DNA from: Folioceros fuciformis
Taxonomy: Eukaryota
NCBI GenBank assembly: GCA_049999805.1
Contig: JBNGIO010006337.1
Location: 66,902 to 107,456 of the forward strand
Length of the DNA stretch: 40,555 bases
Direction: 5' to 3'
Shown: one piece after another, positions 1 to 8,602 of the stretch
Layout of the letters: the number at the start of each line of letters is the position of its first letter
How positions within the stretch are numbered: the first letter of the stretch is position 1
Position numbers and translations under genes: made by a program
The notes under the pieces: model-generated
What the model saw: the letters and a program-made list of their open reading frames with translations, nothing else
Told to the model about the DNA's origin: nothing
Database searches by the model: none

Positions 1-779
1 GCACTCGCCGAATGCCTGTGCCTGCCCGGAGCTGCCGTCGCCAGCCAACCTGCTGGCTGGCTAGATCCGGCTAGCTTCCGCCGCCGGATCTGGCAGGCCC
101 CCCTTGCTAGCCTGCCCGCTTGTTCGATTCCCCTGGCTGTCACCTACTTGCCCAGGCCGACTGACTAGAGACCGCTAGTTGGTCTCCGGCCTGCAGATCC
201 AGCCATCAGTCCTTCCCCAGCCTTGCTGCTGCTAGGCCGGGCTGGCTGCCTGGTCGGATCTGCCCACCGCTAGTCCGCCCGTAGCCGCATCCAGCCGGTC
301 AGCTCAGTTGGTCGCATAGCCGGGCCTCCAGTGGCCGAGCCACCCTCCAGGCCGGCGTGCCCTCCCGAATCTGGCCGACCACCTACCATGACCGTCCCAT
401 CCAGGCAACCAGCTTGCTGGCCCACCTGCCTTCGTCCCAGTCTGCCCCTGTGGATCGGTCCAGCTCCTGGATCACCTGACCCCGGCTGCTGCTGGCCCGG
501 TCGACCAGCCGCCAGCAAGCCGGGCTAGCTGTCCCCCCCACACAATCGCTGATCCGGCTCCCACTGTCTTGTTGTTGCGTGGTCAAGTCTGGCGCTTGCA
601 GCGGCTACTTGCCTGCCTGCAGCCGGACAGGGCTGCCAGCCGCCGTCTCGGGCTGGCTGCTTCCTGCCCAGCCAACCCCTGTCTAGCCCATCCTCGACCA
701 GCCAGCCCGTCTGCTGGCTGGCTAGATTCGGCTGCCTTGCCACCACAACCCAACCTGCTTAAGCCCTACGGTCACCCGG

Positions 780-847
780 CCTGTTGAATCTTGCCAGGGC
801 TTGCAACCACCGACCTGTTGAATCTTGCCAGGGCTTGCAACCACCGA
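780..847. repeat. Perfect 34-bp tandem duplication
   Basis: cctgttgaatcttgccagggcttgcaaccaccga at 780-813 and 814-847. Confidence 0.95.
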
Positions 848-1784
848 TCCGTCCGCCTGTCAAGATCCATCCTAGCAGCAGGCCGGCCCGCCTACCGGCA
901 TGGATCCTCAGCCCCGGCCACCTAGCCGAAGGCCAAGGCAGGCCAAGGCACCCTACCTCCATGCCTATGCCCAACCGCCTTCCGCACGCTCTTAGGCACC
1001 CTCACACACCCGACTTAGGGTTCCACACACGCCGACGTCCCTCTCCACGGGCACACCCTACCCCCTACTTCACATTTTCCACGGCCAGGGTTAGCTAGAC
1101 GATTGTTGTCTTTCTAAACTGCACCACCACTATCCTCTGATCATCCTATTTAATCTAGCCTTATCTAACATAGTTTCCTAATTACCTCTCCAAGGAATTC
1201 TATCAAAACTCCAAAAAAAACAAATACCACCCAATTTCTAAGAGGCCTATCTACCATGTGGTCTCCACACTTGGCTTTCCCTCAATTGCTGCTCTTGGCC
1301 TGGGCTTCTTTGAATTGTCGTTCTAACGTGGCATTCTCATCCTCCCAAACTATGTCATCCCTAAAGAGCCAACAAGATAGGCTTGACCTCCGAGAGTTCT
1401 TGCATGCATTTGTCTCGTTCTTCTTGGAGTTTACTGGACTCATCCTCAAGTTATAAGGTGAGGTCCATGGCCTGTTCCTTAAGTGATGTGAGCTGTTCTA
1501 CCAACTCTATCATATGTCGTTGGAGGGCTATGCTTTCACCCTCCTTGGTTGCGACTTGTCCGAAAGACCAAGCTAGTCCTTTGGCCACAAAGGTGACAAT
1601 CCCTTGGGTTGCCTTCATAGCTCCGTCCAAGGTAGCTCTTGTGTGGAACCAATAATTGTGCGGCAACTTCACCCTCCCAAAGGAAGTCCAGATGGCCCAC
1701 CTCATAGCCTCAGAATCTCTGATTCCTTTGTCACTCACGTTCTCCAGGATTACTGATCATGGTAGATTTTTCCTCTTATAAAGG

Positions 1785-1967
1785 ACCTCATTTGGGTTTT
1801 GGGTTTAGGGCAAGAGCTGGCACGACTTTGGTTGGGGGCGCACTGGGGGATTGAGGTCCCTTACCTTTCTTCCTCACCTCATTTGGGTTTTGGATTTAGG
1901 GTAAGAGCTAGCACGACTTCGGTTGGGGGCGCAATGGGGGGATTGAGGTCCCCTGGCTTTCTTCCTC
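1785..1967. repeat. Imperfect tandem duplication, unit about 91 bp, containing telomere-like TTTGGG/TTTAGGG words
   Basis: acctcatttgggttttgg(g/a)tttaggg(c/t)aagagct(g/a)gcacgactt...gattgaggtccc...ctttcttcctc at 1785-1875 and 1876-1967. Confidence 0.9.
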
Positions 1968-3231
1968 CTATGTGGTGAAGGTGGCCACTTCAACCCCATG
2001 GTCCGATTCTGTGCTTTTCATTGTAGTTGCTCATCTAACTAGACTAGTTTGGCCTGCTCCGCCTGCTCCCTGCTCATGGGGGGATCGATTGAGGCCAAGG
2101 TTTGGCTATGAGCAGATTATCTAGCTCCAGTCTAGGGGGTGGAGGGGCACTTTGAATTGATATCCTCTTAGGTGTTGGAATGGTGGGCCGAGTGCTCCAT
2201 CGTTTGAAAGCAAGGACGTTCTTGGCTGGCGCAACTGCTACCTTGCGTTTCTTGGCCGGTGGAGGGCTGGCAGGAGAACTCAGGGTGGATGCCTAGGCCA
2301 TCAAAGTGGACTTGTCTTGAGGAGCCTTGCTGGCCACTCCCTTCTCCGTGCTGTTGGAGATAAGGAGTGGGACATATCCAAATTGGAACAGGCCCAATTC
2401 CCACTACTCCATCAAGTTGCTGGTTGTCGTTATCCAAGGCATGAAGTTGGGGTATGCCAAAGTGAGGATTTGGTCCTCATTGATCTTCTTGGGGTTGCCG
2501 GTTTCAAGAAACTGCTCGGGAGTTGTATGAAAGTTGAAACAAAGAGAAGCAAAGAGGCTAGAAGGGAAGATGGGGAGAGTGCGGAAGCAAGAAGTTCAGC
2601 GTTAAGGGGGAGAAGCGAAATGGTGAAAGAGGAGTATCAAGGTTGTGGGGTAGTCGGAATGGCGGGGACAAGGAGAGGAGAGTAAAGGGTAGGGGTCGTA
2701 AAGCTCAACTTACTAAAGCATAAAAGTTTACATTGTCGTGTCTACAACTGTCTGAAGGTGGTTACGCTTGCTCTTCCTCATGATTGTCAGTATCTTAGAT
2801 ATCAATATGATTATAAGCCTGTCAAATTGCGCGTCGGACCACCAACTCCTACACTTTGTCAAACTCAACGAATCTGAAACTTAAACAAAATAAAAAAACG
2901 CAACAAAAAGAGAAATGAACAATCTAAGTCCGGCGAAAGGTCCGTCGGACGATTGGAGATGAACTTTGATTATTTGGCATCTTCAACTACCATGAAGTAC
3001 TTCCCTTAAAGGGTTCTACGTACACCCCTATCATTACCTCTCAACAAAGGGTTAATAAGATTCATGAAGTGCTCTTCTAAAATGAGTACTATCATCAAGT
3101 GCTTCCATACAAAAGTCTTACATATAGCCCTACTAAGGACTACTTCATGTGTCACCTAAGTATTTTCTTTGTAATTGCATGAATAAATGGTGGAGGCTTG
3201 AGAAATTTCTTGACCCTCAACGCTTAAAGTT

Positions 3232-3960
3232 TTAAAGCTTTTGTCGTCCACTACAAATCAGGAAGGGATAAAGTCGTTCCAAGGCCAATTTGAACTGAAA
3301 TGACTTCAAGGCTCCACTAATTACTACGCTTCCACTAGAATAAACATTGATATGCACTAACCTACCCCCCACAAACACTTTTTGACGAAGTCCGTTGAAT
3401 TGTTCTGGCTCAAGCTTTAGAGATACAAGCTGCCCTTCAATGTGGTTGGAAGTAGTTGAGTGTACACTTTGCAATCCTCTAAGACAATCGTTCAGTTGCG
3501 ATAAGTCCACCGTAAAGGGTAGATGACCACTGGCCACGCGATTGGTAACTCTGAATTTTTGCGCGGATGCCGTAGGGTAGCCTGCATCACGTACAAGCTG
3601 CCCAATGTCCTTTGCTGCACAATGTGCAAGACACACCCTACGAGCACCCATAAAGGTCACCTTCCCTGTTTTGTACAAGAACGCTGACAATCCCCATTGC
3701 TCACCCCAGGTGAGATTGCAACGGTTAAAGAAAGCACTGTTTTGGTGGTGCGCATTGGGGAGGACCTGGCTTAACCGCTTTACGTCTACAGCCACGCCCA
3801 ATTCCATCGTTGCACAAACATTTTGTTGCGAGAAGAGTTGAAGTACATTGGATAACGGAAAAAGCTGACTTGAGCATACTGCATATACATGAGGTTGGAG
3901 GTCCCTATGAACACCTTGGTCCACTATACTAAATGGCTCCTTGGATGTTGACTTAGCCAT
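3232..3960 (-). CDS. Highly divergent TATA-binding protein (TBP)-like protein, 242 aa, single coding exon
   Basis: Two TBP-fold repeats align by eye with canonical TBP. QQNVCATMELGVAVDV~LQNIVSTVNLDCKLDL; AFLYKTGKVTFMGAR~ALIFASGKMVCTGAK; AAKDIGQLVRDAGYP~AARKYARIVQKLGFP; FRVTNRVASGHLPFTVDL~FKIQNIVGSCDVKFPIRL; LEPEQFNGL~YEPELFPGL; INVYSSGSVVISGA~LIFVSGKIVITGA; ALERLYPFL~AFENIYPVL. The ORF is open from ATG to stop. Confidence 0.85.
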   Translation of the reverse strand: MAKSTSKEPFSIVDQGVHRDLQPHVYAVCSSQLFPLSNVLQLFSQQNVCATMELGVAVDVKRLSQVLPNAHHQNSAFFNRCNLTWGEQWGLSAFLYKTGKVTFMGARRVCLAHCAAKDIGQLVRDAGYPTASAQKFRVTNRVASGHLPFTVDLSQLNDCLRGLQSVHSTTSNHIEGQLVSLKLEPEQFNGLRQKVFVGGRLVHINVYSSGSVVISGALKSFQFKLALERLYPFLICSGRQKL

Positions 3961-4831
3961 ATTTGCTACAAAAAAAATAAAAAATAAATCCTCATATCCA
4001 ACACAACTACATACGTATCTATAGTCTAGGCGTACATATATAGTTTTTTTTATCTCGATATGTCTATGGATGAAATTATTTATTCCTCATTGTACCATTG
4101 TTCTATATAACTCTTTGGATACATTCTTTAGGTTGTAATATTATTGTATATAACCCTTTCAATACATTCTTTGGGTCGTAACATTATTCTATTCTTCAAG
4201 GGTGGGGCGACAAAGAGGAGCACATGGGCCAAGATTTACAAGTACACTCCTCTACAAGTTCGACACATCTTTATCCTCCTAGCCATTAAGGCATATGCAA
4301 GACATTTTCCAAGGTATGGAAGTTGAGCACCAAGGTAGTTTGGAAGAGAAAAAATTGGCTTGGTCTTCCTCTATCTTATGTTGTAGATTTCTTTTGTTAG
4401 AGAGTTTCTATCGCACTATAGTGAGCGTTGGCTAATGCCACATATAGGATGATGACAATAATAGAAAAGGATACAAGACGACAACAATGGCAAGAGAGCC
4501 GACGTCAAAAACATCAATGGTAGGTATACTCTACTTCTTCATCGACCAATGGCTTAGCAATTCTAGGGGCTAGCCCTTATAGCATGGTCACATTTGGTGA
4601 ATGTTGACTCAACCATGTCTCCTAAAAAACAAAACAACAAAAAACAAAATCACTATGCCTAGTACAACCTCCATATATAAATTTGAAGTTGAGGCATACA
4701 TATATAGTTTTTACATCTTAATACGTCTATGAATGAAAGATTTACAAGCACACCCCTCCTACACATTGGACACATCTTTATCCTCCTTGCCACTAAGACC
4801 CATGAGGCCACATACACGACGTTTTTCCAAG
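3944..4831. repeat. Degenerate tandem duplication of the TBP-like gene's start and upstream region
   Basis: Collinear similar blocks: about 3944-3967 vs 4600-4623 (ATG plus TAG acceptor); 4028-4074 (aggcgtacatatatagtttt...tctatggatgaa) vs 4692-4737 (aggcatacatatatagtttt...tctatgaatgaa); 4231-4312 (aagatttacaagtacac...gacacatctttatcctcct...ttttccaag) vs 4737-4831. Confidence 0.85.
4432..4616 (-). pseudogene. Probable internally deleted paralog of the TBP-like gene
   Basis: Starts ATGGTTGAGTCAACATTC (MVESTF) vs ATGGCTAAGTCAACATCC (MAKSTS), with the same 5-nt spacing from an upstream TAG. Then, across frameshifts, PLVDEEV~SIVDQGV and IDVFDVGSLAIVVVLYPFLLLS~INVYSSGSVVI...LYPFLICS. It sits inside the duplicated block. 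Confidence 0.55.
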
Positions 4832-4931
4832 TTATTGAAGACTTATGTTGAGTGGTTCTTGCATCTAGGCCATATGAAGAGTTCAGATAACAATACCAAC
4901 TCCCAATTCTCCGTTAAGCAAAACTAACACC

Positions 4932-6080
4932 TTATTGGAGCTTGCTGAAGAGGTTCTTTCTTGTTGCCACTCTCTCCTTGGGTGTGCCATCGGCTAGACC
5001 ACCTTTAGTTCTATAGAGGACCATGATTGTCCGTAGAGCCCCACTACATAACACAGCTTCTTCTCTGCTTGTTTCCTCCAAAAATCCCTTTACAATAATT
5101 GTTCGATAGAATAGGTTCCCACTTGCGTCGGCCGGCGATGACATGAACACTGCTTGATCTATGTTTGGAGAGGTAGCTTGCTCTTGTTGGTTAAAGTCTC
5201 TGGTCCTACAATCCATTGCAAATGCTTCCCACTCATTAGTGACAATTGATGTATGTTCTAACAGCGCTTGTCTCACCATATCATCCATCCCTTGGTGCAA
5301 CTACAAAAATAAAATTTGGCATGCTGAAGTGGGACATCAAACTCCTCATGTATCTTCTTTGGAACTTCTTTCCAACAAGACTCTGCCTTCTTCCACAAGT
5401 GCCCAAGCTAGATCAGCCCTTATCGACTGGCTGAGCCAAAAACTGGGAGTGATACACTTGAGGGATAAAATCTTCTGTTCATAGCTCCCTAGAGCCTTAT
5501 AGAGGAATACCAAGCACATTGTCCATGCTTAGAGGCTTTGCTGAAAGGAGGAAGGCTTTGACATCTAAGTAGCCGCTCCATATTGAAGTGAAGAGCAGCG
5601 AACAATCCTTGGTATCTAGCAAAGGCTTGTCGGCCAAAATGTTGTTCATCAACCTTTGTCCTTAAGGGATTGCTTGAGTTTGCTATAGGTGTGGGGTTAG
5701 CATGCTTTTCCAAGTGTATCCAGCTGGATCTGCAACCTTTAGAACCCATTGGGCACTTAAAGTTTAGAGTCTAAGATTAATGGCTTTGCAAGTTAACTAG
5801 AGGCAAACATATTTTCCAATCTCCCCATTCTCGTCTTCTTCTTGGAATGATAGTCCCAAATACTTATGAGGGGAGATTGGTTGGACCCGAATAATATGAT
5901 TGATGCAAGTGGTTGGCTCCCCCTTCATGTTAATGCATAACATCCTAGTCTTGCTCCTGCTTACTTTACATCCCAATAATTGACCAAAACTTGAACATGA
6001 AAGAGCAAAGCTTTTAGAGATGTCTCGGCTGCATATGAGAATAATATTTTATCATCATGGAAGGCTGATTCACGCAACTG
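4932..6080 (-). mobile_element. Decayed non-LTR retrotransposon (LINE) ORF2 fragment: end of RT plus post-RT region
   Basis: The minus strand gives SAFHDDKILFS (YADD-box-like, FHDD at 6051-6062). After a frameshift it reads FGQLLGCKVSRSKT (~FGxxSGLKVNxxKS) and PHKYLGL (KYLG at 5854-5865), then LSAQWV...YTWK and SLLFTSIW, typical L1-clade post-RT motifs. Multiple stops and frameshifts; the 3' boundary is approximate. Confidence 0.7.
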
Positions 6081-7242
6081 CTTGTATGGCTACAGCACAA
6101 GTAACCTATGCTTGACCTATGATGGATAAGAGTGTGCAATGCATTTGTGGAAAACAAAGTAACAACAGTGAGAATCCACAACAACTTGCTACAAAGTAAC
6201 AGCCTGGAGAATCCACATTAACTTGCATAGGAATAACCCAAATAAAACAAAATTTCCTAGTTCATTCGCCATGAGGGTCATGACATATGAAGAAGAGTGT
6301 GGCACGAGAGATGACTTTCCTCTTGCTAAGATCAATAGAGGAATGGAAAATGTGCTTACTGAAGGCATGTTGCATAGGTTGAGACAAAATGAGACTAATT
6401 TTTTCTATTCCCTCCTCTTATTGTAAATGACCAATTATTTGTTGCCTCGTCTTCATTTTTCTGCTCTCTACCAGGTTCTCTATAATGAGAACATACACTG
6501 GAAAACGTAGAACTCAGAGGATTAGTAGCACTGGTAACAGGTAATTCACCACTGGCACCGTATGCAGGTGGGTCCGCCCCTCCATTCGCCTATATCGGGG
6601 CGGATACGCTGCCATGACCGACAGTCTACTGCTTTAAGGGGTTCCGTGCATCCGAGGGTTCTTGCTACAGCAGGTGGAGAAGAAAGAGGCCTTGTGTGTT
6701 GTGTCGTCAGGACCATTATGGAAATTTAGACGCAAGCGAGCAAGGTTGAGGGAATTGTTGGAGGAGAGCAAGTATGGCCCGCTTACGTTCCCCAACTGCA
6801 CCGGCCCTGCAACTGGGTCCAGTAATACCAACCATATCATGGCTGCTCAACTCAACCACGAGCTGTGATGAGCTGACAGCGAGATAAATGCCGAATTTTC
6901 GAGTGACAATCGACGTGACGAAAGTGTGATCCATACATATACACCCATGGTACGTAATTGAAATGAGAAACAGCATGACCCAGCCTGTGTGTCAAACAAT
7001 CTCGCCACAGCTCGAAGGAGGTCCAGCAGTGCAGCTACTTGGCGAGTTAAGAATCCGGATTCCCCGAAGAAGAAAGGATCGTTAGTGCAGTAACTGCTGA
7101 AAAAACTCACCAGCTTGGACTGAATTCAAACACAGCAGTGTGGCAGAGCTACTGGCTAGATTTTAGTTCCTCCGAAATGTAACCAGGCACCCGGTGCTAG
7201 CTCAGTCTTTCCTTGCCCTCTTTGGAAGGAAGGCTGACTGGG

Positions 7243-7971
7243 TTAGTCATACGGATAGTCGACTAGCAGGTTCGAAAAGTCTTCGTGGGTTCTCGATCTT
7301 TCTAGCGCAGCAAGGCGGCAGATTACAGCACGGGCTGTTGAATACTTGCCCCACTTGACTACATCTTCCCGCTCAGGCCCGTCAGCTGTTGAAGCCTTTG
7401 TCAGACTATCCCACAAATAGCAGAATTGGAAAGCTGCATAAACAGATGCGGTTGGGACATGACTGCAGCCGCCTGACAAAAGAACATCGAGAAACAGCAA
7501 TCAGGAGCGGCCATGTCCATTCACCTTCACTCTTGCTGATGAATCCCCTGACAGTGCACAGAACTCGCCAAGGCCTGCCTGCCCGGGATACCTTTGCACC
7601 GCCTTTCAAAGCACCGTTCTGCTGCTTGAATCTATCCAGCAATGTGATATCGTCAAAGCTCTGAGAACCAGGGTGACTGAAAAAGGCCAGACACATCATC
7701 AGCGCGCAAAGGAGAAGCAGCACCTGCGAGGTAGGTCAGTTGTCACACCCTGAAGTGTGGTTTGCTTGTCACAGGAGAGCAGAAGGTACGCCACCCAGAT
7801 GTCCCCGTCACCATCCTCCAGATCCCTCTCCCCAATCCTCAAGGAGGCAGCCCCGGACTTGCCTGCCAAACTGACCTCAGACTTGGCCAGCATATGCCTG
7901 TCTGTATGCAGGTGCTGTAACCAGTCGAAATCGGATTCCACCCCATACAGATACAGGTCCTTGTACAACAC
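7243..7971 (-). CDS. SLX1-like GIY-YIG domain protein with catalytic substitutions; last three exons 7971-7724, 7631-7525, 7433-7243; 5' exons unresolved (possibly up to about 8374)
   Basis: Spliced translation via canonical GT-AG with consistent phases: ...IWVAYLLLSCDKQTTLQGVTTDLPR|RFKQQNGALKGGAKVSRAGRPWRVLCTVRGFISKSE|AFQFCYLW...DYPYD*. This matches the plant SLX1-like pattern WxVYLILS...TYVGxTTDFxRRLKQHNGExKGGAKASxAGRPW...GF...A..FE..W. Confidence 0.8.
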
Positions 7972-8602
7972 CTGGCTGCAAATCGCCTTGTTCACCAGCC
8001 TGCCCCATCCTCTTGAGGTCGAGTCACGAGAAGGCAGCCAAGCCGCTCTGCCCGGGAGCTGACACCCTGTGCAACGAGTCCACGACAATAACATCTCTGA
8101 GCAAGCATCCGAATCAGGACCGAATTCCCAGTTGCGCTACACCAACACAGGCAGCCGGAGCTCTCTAAATCCCTGACGAGTTCTCATTTTGTAAGCGCCC
8201 GAAGATGGAGCAGCTATCCCCGCATCGGTACAACATCAGTAGCGCACACTGTGGCCTAGCTACTGCAATGCCCCCGTCTCCTGCCAGCCAAGGTGAAAGC
8301 CTGCCTGCGATTTCGTGCTTCCAGCACATTGCAAGTTCATTCAGAAGCAGACGGAATCCAAGGGCGTTGTTCATGTACTGTCGGCTCGAAAAGGCTAATA
8401 GTGTGGATTCTGCGCTCGTCTTGGAAAGAAGCCGCGTGCATAAACACAGTGGCCACTCCCCAATTTTCAAATCAGATGGCAGCGAGCCCGAAATAATTGA
8501 CTCGTGCCTGTCCCGTGCTCGTCTCTCATGCGCAATTGGCATCCACAGTCGTCAATACGACAGAGCCCAGCTTGAGCATCTCCTGGAAGTAGAGAGGTTG
8601 CG

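Larger units (their letters stand above)
1..2700. mobile_element. Probable degenerate transposon/repeat region: GC-rich reiterated motifs, tandem duplications and interrupted coiled-coil-like minus-strand ORF remnants; family not determined
   Basis: 1-1000 is built from recurring CTGGCTGGCTAGATCCGG / GCCAGCCAACC-type words (e.g. about 41-72 vs 701-736). Two tandem duplications are present. The minus strand at about 1250-1740 reads as a stop-interrupted E/K/L/Q-rich coiled-coil (LQRHMIELVEQLTSLKEQAMDLTL*LEDESSKLQEERD). No RT, integrase or transposase motif was recognised. Confidence 0.4.

Noticed and set aside
270-1098. Several overlapping Pro/Arg/Gly-rich ORFs on both strands
   Set aside because: Products of GC-rich repetitive DNA with few stop codons; no family motif.
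6475-6868. Exon-like plus-strand pieces (LENVELRGLVALVTGNSP; LRELLEESKYGPL) with plausible splice sites
   Set aside because: The SDR-like start lacks the TGxxxGxG motif, contains upstream stops, and no coherent gene could be assembled; at best an orphan fragment.
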